From Hydrolagus colliei (taxonomy: Eukaryota), in contig CM068745.1 in assembly GCA_035084275.1 (NCBI GenBank), positions 41,912,001-41,976,000 on the forward strand: a stretch of DNA of 64,000 nt. Reading direction: 5' to 3'. The first letter of the stretch is position 1. The number at the start of each line of letters is the position of its first letter. Of the stretch, positions 23,860 through 36,685 are shown piece by piece. The position numbers and the translations under genes were made by a program. Below the pieces are notes generated by a model that was not told where the DNA came from, searched no databases, and was given only the letters and a program-made list of their open reading frames with translations.

Positions 23860-24145
23860 GTTGCCTTTGCTCCTCCGGTTCTGGTCTCCTCCTTGTCCTC
23901 CACTCAACTATCAGCGGCCGTGCCTTCTGCCACTACGTCCCAAACTCTGGATCGCTTCCTCACTCCCTTCGCCTCGCCTCCTCTCTTTCTAGTTTTAGGA
24001 CTCAGCTGAAGACCTTTTCGACCGTGCCTTCGGTCACCTTTTTACCCCTCCCCCTGGCTCGGGCCCGGGATCCAATGTTGTGAAACACTCTGAGACGCCA
24101 TCCAGCATGGAGGGCGCCTATATAAATCAAAGTTGTTGTTGTTGT
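23860..24145 (+). mobile_element. L2 3' fragment
   Basis: TISGRAF..LW..P.SLRLASSL..LKT motif and gttgttgtt tail. Confidence 0.7.
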
Positions 24146-24614
24146 AAACAATCATTGCTGGGATTTTATTTTAAAGCCAGCCAATAGGGTAAGCAAATTA
24201 AGTTTTCTTTGATGTAAAATATCAATTTTTTTCACAGCCATGTAACAAATATTGATGTAATATTACTGATCCAACCTGTTAGCTCTTTGTCTTTTATATT
24301 TTGTTATTCAATTTCAATTCGTGACATGTTTCAATTTTTTTTAAAGTCTGTTGGTAAACCCTTCACCCACCCCCATCCCATCGTCTCCCGTCCCCAGCTC
24401 AGGTCTGAAACAGTGACTATCCAGTGCCTTGTCCGTCCTCTTGATGTAAGAGGTGCTTTATAAGTGTAACCTTGTTGTTGTTGTAATAAATGCTCAAATA
24501 CTTTATTGGTGTTCATGGAAAGCAATGTTTTGTAAACATTGTAAACATTTTGTTGTCGAACATTAGAAAAGTTACTCTATTTTTTTTATCTTTTTCTGAA
24601 TTTTTATTGTTTCT

Positions 24615-26100
24615 TTAAATTGTTTCTTATCGGGCATGGCTGATGTACTGAATGAGTACTTTGCATCTGTCTTCACAAAAGAAGAGGATACAGCCAATGC
24701 TATAGTATCAGAGGAGAGGGTAGAAGGAATAGATAGGATAAATGTAAACAGAGAGGAATTACAAAACGTTTGACGGTGCACAAGGTAGATAAGTTGTCCA
24801 GTCCGGATGGGATACTAAGGAAAGTACGGGTGAAAATAGCAGAGGCTCTGGCCACAATCTTTCAATCTCCCTTGCACAGGGATTTTGCCAGAGGACTGGA
24901 AGTTTGCTAATGTTACTCCCCTGTACAAAAAGGGGCAGAAGGACAAACCTGGAAACTACTGGCCAATCAGCCTAACCAGCAGGATGGAAACTTCTAGAGA
25001 CTATAATCGGGGACAAGACAGATCTTCACTTAGAAAGATATTGGTTAATAAAGGACAGACAGCATGGATTTGTTAAAGGTAAATCTTCTCTGACAAATCT
25101 GATAGAGTTTTTTGATGAGGTAACAGAAAGGGTGGATGAGGGTAGTGAAGTTGATGTAGTTTATATGGACTTTCAAAAGGCATTTAACAAAGTGCCACAT
25201 AAAAGGCTTATAAAGAAAATAGAAGCCTACAATGTTAAAGAGACAATGATAACATGGATCCAGAACTGGCTGGGAGACAGAAAGCAGGGAGTTGTGGTGA
25301 ATGGCTGTTTTTCTGACTGGAGGGAAGTGTACAGTTGTATCCCCCAGGGATTGGTATAGGGACCACTGTTCTTTTTAATTTACATTAATGACCCGGACTT
25401 GGGTACAGGAAATACCATTTCCAAGTTTGCTGATGACATAAAGTTAGGAAAAATAGTAAATAGTGAGAAGGATAGTAGCCATCTACAGGAAGATATAGAC
25501 AGAATGGTAGAACGGGCAAACAAATGGCAGATTAAGTTTAATGTGGAGAAATGTTAGGTAATGCATTTTGGAAGGAAGAATGAGGAGAGGCAATATAGGC
25601 TGGTACTTACTTAGGTAGTGCAATTTTAACGGGTGTGACAGAACAGTGAGACCTGGCTGTTTGTGTAAGTACTGTGTACCTACAATTACAGTAAGTACAG
25701 TACTGTGTTCAATTCTGGTCACCACACTTTAGGAAGGATGTTAAGGCATTGGAAAAGGTGCAGAGGAGATTTACCAGGATGGTACCAGGAATGAGGGACT
25801 TCAGTTATGAATAAAGGCTAGAGAGGCTAGGTTTATTCTCATTGGAGCAGAGATGGTTACAAGGAGACCTAATAGAGTTTGTCAAGATCATGAGGGGGAT
25901 TCGATAGGGAAAACAAGGAAAAACTATTTCCACTGGTGGGTGTGTCAGTGACCCGAGGTCATAGATTTAAAATAGTTTCCAAAAGAAGCAGAGGGGACAT
26001 GAGGAGAAATGTTTTCACTCGGTGAGTTGTTCGACTCTGGAATGCATTGCCTGAAAAGATGGTGGAAGCCAATTCGATAACAACTTTTAAAACAGAGGTA
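24615..26100 (+). mobile_element. CR1 LINE ORF2 (reverse transcriptase) fragment, degenerate
   Basis: PEDWKFANVTPLYKKG and DEGSEVDVVYMDFQKAFNKVPH motifs; FADD-encoding tttgctgatgac; stops and frameshifts. Confidence 0.9.
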
Positions 26101-26756
26101 GACGTTTAGTTGGCTAGCACTTGTTCATGCATTCATCACATCAAGGCTCGACTATGGGAACTCTCTCCTCACTGGACATGGCATGAATGTGGTGTAGAAA
26201 ATATATTTGAGTGTCAAACAAGGCGCCAAGGCTCAGCACTGGCTCAGTGAGGTGCAATGTGCATCCTGAGACGGTAATGCTTTTTCTTGGAAAATATATA
26301 TTTATTGATCAACATATTTGGTATCGAAGAAATACAAATAAAACAACATCTTCTTTTCCATTTTCCAGATACAGAACAGCATTATGTTGTTGATAAGAAT
26401 TAGGTATGGACATATCTTCCCCACACACAGGTTATGTACAGATTTTTCAGAGGATACTCCCTTTAAAACCGTTGGCAGTAGCCACCTGTGTGCACTACAC
26501 CTTGATAAGATCACTTGCAACTTTCGGAAGAGGCCCCGATGTGCACCGTACACGCACAGGTTGATCGTTCATACATTTTCAGGACTCACTTTGGATATAT
26601 GTCAAGCGTCCTTCACAGGTACACTCCAGGTGGATTTTTCTGTGAGAGCCCAGGAATAGGCAGAGTGTCGTGACAGTGGGTCCCTCTTTCAATGTTACTT
26701 TCTCGGGGGAGTCATTTTTCACTTTTAAAGGAGAAAATCTTTGTTTGATATTCTGG

Positions 26757-26889
26757 TTAACATGAGATATCTTTCTCTTTGGCTGGATCATTTTGCTTAT
26801 TCAAGGGCTCCAATGTACTACTCTCTACTGTTGTTGTTGTTGTTGACTTGGGATTTGGAGGAATGCCTGGATCATTGTTCTTAATCAAA
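26757..26889 (-). CDS. CD200: CD200-like copy B exon 5, truncated tail (LIKNNDPGIPPNPKSTTTTTVESSTLEPLNKQNDPAKEKDISC*)
   Basis: Acceptor conserved; a net 2-nt deletion versus A gives TAA at 26759-26757. Total 954 nt (317 aa). Confidence 0.7.
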
Positions 26890-27952
26890 CTGTAATCAAT
26901 GAGGGAAAAGAAAAGTCAAAGTATCAACCGAATTGTAATATAAATTAAATATAAAGTATGACTAACTGCTTCATTCTCCGAATATCTCCCGAATACATAC
27001 AACAGAATTAGCCCATGATCTAAAGTGCACCATGCCCTTTCAGGTTCTTTAATTCTAAAATCCAGCAACAGGCATTTGAACTCCCTGATATTTAATCTGC
27101 AATGACCTGTAATAGGAGTTGCTAATTTTGCCTGCTTGAGGACTCCAGATTGTGTTGGAGTACTCCTGCAGTCTAACCAGCTAAATCTGTTTAACTTGCC
27201 ATTGTTACTGCAAGCTTTCCCACTGATGGTGTCCTGACGTGAAAGGCAGTATACAATTGTAATTTTGTTGTTGTTGTTGCTTATCCAGATGGGATCACTC
27301 TACACTTAACAGTTTTGGCTTGCATGGTGAACAGGAGCTCAGTGGGGTGGCTCCCTGCCTCTAGTGACTGGTCTTCGCTTGCAGGTCCTGCTGATGAGCC
27401 AGACTGGCTGTGCTCTGGAATACTGTGGGCCCACCTGGCTCAGGAACCAGACTACCAACACCAATATTCCATTACCAGGCATGTCACCTTCGTGCCAGCG
27501 TGGCTCAAAGGAAACTTAACTTATCTCCTCCCCAACATATCAGACTCACTGATTCAGATTCATCCTTGACATCGCAGATGGGTTGGGAGATGCCTGTCTG
27601 CTGCATCCCCAGGAGCACAGATACATAACTAATGAGTGTTGCCTACAGGTATTGTGCACCACAGGTTTGCCCTGAGACCTTGCTGTCCTTGGAGAGATGA
27701 ACATGACCAGAGAGCTCTTCCTCTTCTCAGCACTATACATCAGGACAGTGTCCAGACTGAAGTTGGTGACCACCATGACTCCGAGGAAACAACAACAAAT
27801 TAAATTTGTATAACACCTTTCACATCTGGAGGATGTCCTAATGTACTGGATAGTCAAGGATGTGCCCCCAGTCTGGTGGTTGGGAATAGGAGGGTTGGAT
27901 TCCTGGGAGGGTAAGTTTAGGAAGGTGACCAAATCGTCGAACAGTGGGGACT

Positions 27953-28050
27953 TCAGATGGGCAGTGAAGGTGGCAAGGGACTTTGGGATGGAGCTTCTTT
28001 CTTTTGACTTTCATTTTTTGCAAGGTCCCAAATTTGCTCCATAATCTCCA
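27953..28050 (-). CDS. Copy B candidate alternative last exon (VEIMEQIWDLAKNESQKKEAPSQSPLPPSLPI*)
   Basis: Homologue of 19233-19330; the upstream second donor is weaker here (CAG|gttatt). Confidence 0.28.
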
Positions 28051-28236
28051 CTAAATTAACTGACTTCAATTGAGAGGTACAGGACATGCTTCAGTTGGTC
28101 TCAATGCTAAGGATTTGTTCTCAATTTGTCTCCAGACATATTTAAAGAAATCAAGACATTTGTAGAAAGCAATACAAGGAAATATAATATTATAATAATA
28201 TATAATCAGAAATAACCTGCCCTGAGGTATACATAC

Positions 28237-28354
28237 CATTTGAAATTATTCCATTTATTTATCCAGTACCAGATTGCCAGGCATACCACCACTATACCAA
28301 TAATTGTGGCAAATGCAATCCAAATAGGTGAATTATCTTTCTGTTGATCCAAAG
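28237..28354 (-). CDS. CD200: CD200-like copy B exon 4, transmembrane
   Basis: ttacag| acceptor; IWIAFATIIGIVVVCLAIWYWINKW; TG|gtatgt donor. Confidence 0.83.
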
Positions 28355-29527
28355 CTGTAAGTAAATGTTGGAAACCATATTATAAAATAAACTTTGAAAT
28401 GTGGTTATAATCCAGAAAAACCTCACTCAATATCAGGGGCAATGATCGATGAAGTTCCTCACTGTCTTGTAATATGAAACTAAGTTGTTTCTCAAAAGAT
28501 GGATGGATTCTGGACCAACCAAGCTGATAGGATAAGAAACAGTAGCTTCATTTTAATGTATCTATGGAATGAAACTCTGTCAATTAGCAGTTATGAAAAC
28601 CAAACTGCAGATTTGGGAATTATACTGGTGACAAGGGTGTTCTTTGGGAGAAGGAGGAATATTCATGTGAAAATTTCCTCTTGGAGATTTAAGGCTGTGG
28701 AGTACAGTACATAATAAGTTTTAGGCCGTCTTCAGTTGGAACTGCCTGAATTAAAAAATAGGGTTTTGCATTCCAAGTTTTCTGTTTTTAATGTTGACAA
28801 TTTATATCATACAGAAGCCACTTGTCCCAATAACAATCCTCAAGACTACAGATGGAATATTATATATTATACTGAATATATATCATCTCCAACCATGCCT
28901 TCTGCTCCCCTCCAAACTCCACCCTCTCCTACTCTCCTTCCCCCTAACCCGAATGCCCCCCCTTCCCCACCACCCCCCGGCCCCTGCTCGAGTTCCGACC
29001 TAACTGTTCAGCACCATGGGACGTCCTCCCAACATGAAAGGAGCTCTAAAAATGTAATTTTGTTGTTGTTATTGTATATCTACCTTCACATAATTAAATA
29101 AAGGATATAAATATCCCTAATAGAAGGAGTATAAAAACCATACAAATGCATTCGCATAGATTCAGTAGAATATTTCCCACCGTTCACCGTTAGAAATTAA
29201 GGCCTTTTTTCACAAAAAAGCCGAGACTCACAAGTGACCCAATGGAGATCTTTAGTAATGGGAGCTGATATGCATGGGGGTCATCCTATTGTGCATCAAT
29301 GTAATGTAAGCGGGGTCTTCGAGACAGCTCAAATTGTTTCACAGAATATACTGTAAAGTTAATTGACTTTATAGTATTTTGTGGGTGGATGTTGAAGATT
29401 ATTGCAGAGAACACAGTTTGCTAAGGTGGTTCAGGTGGAGAAATCAGTACAGTAGTCTTGTTGATTGAAAGCATTTCTGCTATAAGATTCTACAATTCTA
29501 TGATGAATTATGAATAGGAATACATAC

Positions 29528-29833
29528 ATGTTGTTTTAAGAAAATCCTCTAAAGTGATTTCCCTTTCCAGAGCTGGATGATTCACCACACAGATCACTTT
29601 GGAATTAGCAGCATCAGCTGTAGCCACCGTCAGATTGCTCGTAATCTTTACTCTTCTGTCGAGGTCCATTGTTGAGGATTGAATGGACAGTACCTTCACA
29701 TTGCCCGTTGTATTCCACGTGATCACTGGGGCTGGTCGTCCAGTGGCTGAACAAGTCGTCTCAAAACCATAATAACCACTTCTATTTGGAGCAGTGTCAG
29801 TGGGACTGGACTGTAATGTTGGTTCAGGTTTCA
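29528..29833 (-). CDS. CD200: CD200-like copy B exon 3, IgC domain
   Basis: ORF 29508..29903; 306 nt, near-identical to copy A. Confidence 0.88.
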
Positions 29834-30710
29834 CTTGCAAATAAAAAGGAAAAATGTTAAATAATATAATAAATCTGAATCTAAAGTTTGTTACCGGTGT
29901 CATTCATTGTAAACAGCACTACAATGCCTGCAAAGAAACATACACCATACTACACTTAATTGAGGTATCTTCAGCAGTACAAGTAGTCCAAATCCCTTTC
30001 GCTGTGGAGAACAATATAACCAACTTCTGTAGACCTCTGTGATATAGCAGTTAATCCTCTTTAATATAAACATTCTGGTAATATTTACTATTTCGCATCA
30101 GAAGACAAACACAAACTTAGCTTCAACTGTTTAGACATGTAATAGACACCTAACAACAAATAACAATTCATGCTTGTAACAAAATACAGAATATACTGTA
30201 AAGTTAATTGACTTTATAGTATTTTGTGGGTGGATGTTGAAGATTATTGCAGAGAACACAGTTTGCTAAGGTGGTTCAGGTGGAGAAATCAGTACAGTAG
30301 TCTTGTTGATTGAAAGCATTTCTGCTATAAGATTCTACAATTCTATGATGAATTATGAATAGGAATACATACATGTTGTTTTAAGAAAATCCTCTAAAGT
30401 GACCTCTGTAGACCTCTGTGATATAGCAGTTAATCCTCTTTGATATAAACATTCTGGTAATATTTACTATTTCGCATCAGAAGACAAACACAAACTTAGC
30501 TTCAACTGTTTAGACATGTAATAGACACCTAACAACAAATAACAATTCATGCTTGTAACAAAAGGAGTGTCACATCAACCTCAAAATAATCCACTTCGGT
30601 TATTGAAGTACCTGCAGATTGATATAGCACTTCTAACTACCAGCGATTAATCTTAGCAACTTTCATTTCAAATAGATATTAAACACTATTTTTTAAAAAT
30701 CAGCACCTAC

Positions 30711-31052
30711 CATACACCGAAAGGTAGGTCTTCCCAAACTTTGATCCTTGTAGTAGTAGATTGAAGAGACATTGATAATATCCTTCATCTTCAAACCCCA
30801 CTCCAAAAAGTGTAATTATGGACTCCGTTACTTGTGATGGGATGAAAGCTGCTCTACCTTTAAATGATCCGAATATATTTGATCCATATTTTTCACTAAA
30901 TGTAGCCATGTTTTTAAATCTTCTACCATCATTCATCATTTGCCAGGTGACTTGTAGAACATCATTCGACCCCATTAATGCACATTTGAAGGTGACATTA
31001 CCCCCTAAAACTGCTTCATATTTCACAGATATTCTCACATTCTGTGCTGAAC
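30711..31052 (-). CDS. CD200: CD200-like copy B exon 2, IgV domain (second disulfide lost)
   Basis: ORF 30700..31038; 342-nt exon, same length as A; reads EDEGYYQCLFNLLLQGSKFGKTYLSV. Confidence 0.88.
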
Positions 31053-31747
31053 CTGTAATACAGAAAGAGTATTTTAAACATATGTTAGTTTTAGATTGAT
31101 ATCTTTGCTAATTTTATACAGTATAATATACTAAAAAAGAATATTTTTTACCAGACTTCAGTGCGGACAGAAAACAAAAGTGTAGGAAACAATCTTATTT
31201 TTCCGAGCGTGGTGTAATCATGAAAATCTTTGCATTGATATAATGCAGATAATGTCAAGAACATTTCAAATAGCTTCACAATATGAACAGTAACTGCCTC
31301 CAAGGTGAACCAATTAATCTAGTCCAGGTCTCCTGTTCAATCCCCATATCTCCTAGAGTTTATCCTCTTCAAATATGTATATAATTAATGAACTACTTTA
31401 TATTGTTTCCATTTATATTGTGATGGTATCCCAAACCTTTTTGAGACTAGCCTGACTGCTGAGAGTTCTTGTCCACACACATATTTTAAATAATAATAAT
31501 AAACCTTGCAATTTGATTTGGTGCCTTATCCTGTATTCAAGCTTAAATTCTATCACGTTCTTAACAAGATATAATCACAAAATATTTTACATCGTTTACG
31601 AATACTGTATTGTATTACCAGAGCAAACAATCGCAATGTCATATTTCTGAATGGAAGTAACTATGATAATGCAACTATAATCTTGTCACACATTTTAAAC
31701 ATCTAATGTTTTCCCTAAAATTTGTAAATAACACAGTGACGACTTAC

Positions 31748-31802
31748 ACAAGTATCCAATGTATATTTGCAAGAAGATTAGGTGGATACCAAAAGTTTTC
31801 AT
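31748..31802 (-). CDS. CD200: CD200-like copy B exon 1, signal peptide MKTFGIHLIFLQIYIGYL
   Basis: 55 nt from ATG to T|gtaagt; homologous to copy A exon 1. Confidence 0.8.
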
Positions 31803-33214
31803 TTTCCCTGAGCACCAACTGTGAAACTGTCGTTAACTCACGGGGTATTTAAACCTGAATTGACCAATGGCAATCGTGCATTTTATAAACTGCCTCTCGG
31901 TCACCAATTGTTACAACTAAATGAATTAATGTTTAATTGCTGTGGGGCATAGATAAATTCCAACTCTTATGGGATATTTCCCACCCACCCCATTCCAGGA
32001 ATATTGTGTGGGTATGAATCCAGGATAATTATATTTGCATCGCAGTTTGCGGTCATTGGAAAAAGTGAGCTCAAAAGTAACAGAAACATTGTGTGGGTTT
32101 GAATTCAATGATAAATATTCCGTAAATTTCAAAATATGTTGCTCCCCCTTTGTTAAACTGCAGATAAACCACGTGGATGTGAAATATGAAAGTGACTGTA
32201 AAATGATCCACTTGATGTTCTGTCGCAACAGAAACTTGTTAAAGTTAGTGGATGATCAGACCCAGCCCTTCCCCCACTCACTGCAGCAATAACTGGGTGT
32301 GAGGGGCCAATTCAGTAGATCAGATATTAACAGCTCCGCAGTTTACAAACAATGATTTGTGGGAAAACAGTTCAGGAAGTGGTGTCAGTTGCCAATGTTG
32401 TTGACCAAGCACTGTACACACCTACTTGGCAATGACATTGACTGTTCCTTGATTTTATAACACGGAGGTTCACAGGTTAAGAAATCAAATCAAAGGATGC
32501 ACTATTTGAAAGATGCCACTGTAAACTGTAAAAGCCAATATAGTCTCCAGACTGATTCCAGCAAATTCGGCATGGAATGGGAATTGAGTCAATGATCACT
32601 TGCTCCACAAACTCATTTGTTCCCAATACACCTTTTATAGCCACTCCTTCACTAGAGTAAAGGCATGTCAATGTTGGAAATCAAACTACAGTACTAGCCT
32701 CAAATCAAGCATTTCATTGGAAAGGTAATTGTTTTAAAAGATAGTGTAGAAATTGCAAAATTGCAGGTACAAACAAAAGATTCAATTAGCCCAGATATAA
32801 TGGGTTGGTTTCTCTGAAATTTCATATCCCTGGAGGGAGACTGAGTGGCTATCAATAGAAGAGAAGAATAATAAGGAGGGTGGGTGGGAAATATCCCATA
32901 AGAGTTGACTTGATGAATCTCTGAGCCTATTTCTGTTTGTTCCTTTCGTCCCCAAAACGGCAATGGATACTCTTGCGGTTCGTCCGTGGGGACCCACTGT
33001 TACAGCACTTGCTACTGTATGGTCTCTTCCCAGGGACTCACAGTAAAACCCATCTCATTGTTGCTGGAGAATCATAAACACATTAAAAGAGCCCTTTCGC
33101 ATTCGTGAAACTAGGTGTTCTTCTGGCAAAACGAGGGGATAGTGAGAGCCTATTTCAGGCCCATGCATGCTAGGATCAGTGATTATGTACTGTCCCACAC
33201 AGCAGGCCGGTGAG

Positions 33215-33860
33215 ACGCTCAGACTAGCCTTCACCATATCCAGGCTTCACTATGGAAACTCCCTACTTGTTGGCCTGCGCAACTCCTCCCTCAATAGACA
33301 GCAGATCATCCACAACTATGCAATATGTGTCCTATCCCCACAGCAGGCTCCATGTCCCTATCACCCCCAACCTCACCTCACACCAATGGCTTCCCATCAC
33401 ATAGAGGTTTCATTTCAAGATCCTGTTTCTCCCATTGAAAGACTACCATGGCCTTGTCCCCCTACCTCCCGCACCCCCCCTTGTCCCCCTCCCTCCCCCC
33501 CCACTATATCTGTGAACTCCTCACCACCTACCAATTTGTCCATTTCCTCCACTCAGTAGGCTCTGGCTTTCACGTCCTCCAACCCACTCGAACCACCATC
33601 AGCGAGAGAGTCTTCAGCCACTCTGCCCCCAAGCTTTGGAGTTCCATCACGCAATTCCTCTGCCTTGTCCCTTCCATAGGCTTCTTGACGTCCTGCCTCA
33701 ACACCCTCATCTTTATCTGTGTCATTGGTCACCTCCACTACCACACCCTTACTTCTACCCTCCCTGATCCTAACCCCAGCTCAGTTTGGAAAGATTATCT
33801 ACCCAGTGCCTTGGGACATCCTCCTGACATGAACGACACTATACAAATATAATTCTGTTG
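33215..33860 (+). mobile_element. L2 3' fragment
   Basis: TISERVFSHSAPKLWSSI motif and typical tail. Confidence 0.7.
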
Positions 33861-34394
33861 GTGTTTTTCAACTGATGTCAAATTGAAAAGTCCAGGCAAG
33901 ATTTCTCTTTGTCCATATTAGAGCATTTGCTGTTGTGCTGACTTGTTTCAGATCATTCTGAAAATTGGCCTTGAATAAGACACACATGGTTTCCATGTAG
34001 CACCAAACATGTGGACATTGTTAGGGAGAGACAGGCAGAGCTAAGGAAAGGAGCAGCTACAAAAACACCAAAATCGAATTGAATGCAAAGAAGGAAATTT
34101 CACTTGATTTAAAGTGACCAAAGACATTATCAAAGAAGAGTTTCCTAAGATGACCCTTCAAGGAGGCGAGACAAGGACTGTGTGATGGAGTTCCAAAGAG
34201 AGCAGCAGAGATACTGAAATGCTCAACCCCTGATAATGGGGCAGGCTGATCGGGGGATATTGTGCAGGCCACAGTCGGTCAAGCAGAGGGAGTGTGTAAG
34301 TTGGGGTGAAATTATTAAGTCACAGACGTAGGGATGAGCAAAGCCATGGAGGGCTTTATAAGCAAGCATAAGGATTTTAAACTACATTCTGGGA

Positions 34395-35165
34395 GTTGGT
34401 AAACCAGGATAGAATCATAGAATCTTACGGTACAAAAGGAAGCCATTCAGCCCATCGAGTCTGTGCTGGCTCTTTAAAAAGAGCAACTCAAACCCATTCC
34501 CCAACTCTCTCCCCATAACCGCGCAAACCCATCCTCCCCAAATCAATGTCTACCTCTCTTTTAAAAGTTGTTATTGAATCTGCCTCCACCACCTTTTCAG
34601 GCAATGCATTCCAGATTCGAACAACTCGCTGAGTGAAAAAAATTCTACTCAGTTCCCCTCTGCTTCTTTCTGAAACTATTTAAAATCTGTGACCACGAGT
34701 CACTGGTACACCAACCAGTTGAAACAGTTTTTCCTTGTTTACTCTGTTGAATCCCCTCATGATCTTGAAAACCTCTATTAGGTCTCCTCGTAACCTTCTC
34801 TGCACCAATGAAAATAAACCTAGCCTTTCTAGCCTCTCCTCATAACTGAAATCCATCATTCCTAATACCATCCTGGTGAATCTCCTCTGCACCCTTTCCA
34901 ATGCCTTAACATCCTTCCTAAAGTGTGGTGACCAGAATTGAACACAGTACTCTAGCTGAGGCCTAACCAAAGTTTTATAGAGTTTATTCAAAACTTCCTG
35001 GCTTTTGTACTTTTTGCCCCTATTATAAAGCTTAGTATCCCATATGCTTTTTTAACAGCCTTGTCTACCTGTCCTGCCACCTTCAAGGAATTACTTACAC
35101 AAACACCAGGTCTCTGTTCCTTCACACCCCTTAAAATTGTACTACCTAACCTATATTGTCTCCCC
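34395..35165 (-). mobile_element. CR1 LINE 3' fragment
   Basis: ORF 34680..34991: LYKTLVRPQLEYCVQFWSPH..LERVQRRFTRM; atagaatcatagaat terminal repeat. Confidence 0.9.
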
Positions 35166-36139
35166 TAATTTCTATAATAATAATAATATAATAATAATCC
35201 TTACATTTATACAGCGCTTTCCACATCTTATCGACATCTCAAAGCGCTTCACAGAATACAACAACGTTCCATGGTAGGGACCAGAGCAGGGGGGGAGGGG
35301 GAGGGAAAGGGAGAAGAAAAGAGGTAAGCAAGGGGGATAATACGTAGGGACCAGAGCAGGAGGGGTCATGTCCTTTATGGGAAAAGGAAAGTAGGACAAT
35401 CGACTATATATTTGTGGGAGAAATGTGGCAGCCAAATTGTGCAGAACAGTGTCCCACAAATAGTCGTGGAAGTGGGATTAGGGTAAAAAGGGGTAAAGAG
35501 GGTAAGGGGAGGGGCCGGAGTAGGGGGAAGGAGAGCACGAAAACTGACTGTAAATTTGTGGGTTAAACGCGGCAGCCAAATTGCGCACAGCAGTGTCCCA
35601 CAAAAGTCGTGGAAGTGGGGTTTGGGGGAAAAGGGGGAAAAGAGGGTAACGGGAGGGGCCAAGGTAGGAAGAAGCAAAATAAAAGACTGCATGGAATAAA
35701 AGATCTTCTACTATCCTTTCTCCCCCATATCAGCTCCATGATCGGCACAGCCTTCTACCACCTCTGTAATATTGCTAGACTCTCCCACTCTCCTTCCCCT
35801 TCTCCCTACCCCGACTCTCCCCCACTACGCTCAGGTCCCGACCTGACTGTTCAGTGCTTTGGGACTTCCTCCCGATGTGAAAGGCGCTATATAAATGCAA
35901 TTTTGTTGTTGTTGTTCTTACAGATGGCTACTATCCTCCTCACTAATTACTATTTTATAGCTGGAGTAAAAAGAGATTATAAATGTGCAGAGCTTGGTGC
36001 AGGAGAGGAAACAAGCTCTAGAGCTCTGAATTATCTGCAGATTGTGGAGGGAAGACTGGAAAGATTGACAAGCGGTGAGTTTGCATAAACAAGCCTGGAT
36101 GTGGTGAACGTATGGATGAGAGTGAGAGGTGAAGCTGCC

Positions 36140-36685
36140 TGAGTGGTGGAGAGCGTGGAGGGGCTGCGGGATGGAGTTCCACAGTGTGGGAGCAGAGCAG
36201 CTGAAGGCCCAGCCGCCGATGGTTGGGCAGTTAGGACGGTGGACACGGAGCAGGCCTGAATCTGCTGAACAGAGGGTGTGGGCAGGCTGATAGGGGGACA
36301 GTAGGTCAAAGAGATAGGTCAAGGCCGTGAATGGCCTTGAAAGTGAGAACAAGGATCTTGAATTTGATTCTCTGGGTGATGGGGAGCCAGTGGAGATGGG
36401 CGAGGATGGGAGTGATGTGGTCACGAAGCCTGGTGCGAGAGAGTACATGAGCTGCAGAATTCTGAATGATCTGCAGCCTGTGAAAGGAGGAGCTGGGGAG
36501 GCAGACGAGGAGAGAGTTTCTGTAGTCGAGCCTGGAAGATAAAGACGTGGATGAGAGTTTCGGTGGCTTGGGGGGTAAGGTAGTGGCGGAGTCTGGCATT
36601 ATTACTGAGGTGATGGAAGGCTGTGCTGGTCATGGAGTGGATGTGGGGGAGGAAGGATAGTTCAGGGTCGAACAAGACGCCCAGA
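36140..36685 (-). mobile_element. L2 3' fragment
   Basis: HITPILAHLHWLPITQRIKFKILVLTFKA (ORF 36306..36599). Confidence 0.85.

Noticed and set aside
26200-26690. Possible Tx1/L1-type retroelement remnant (VKDA-like motif)
   Set aside because: Similarity too weak to call without a search.
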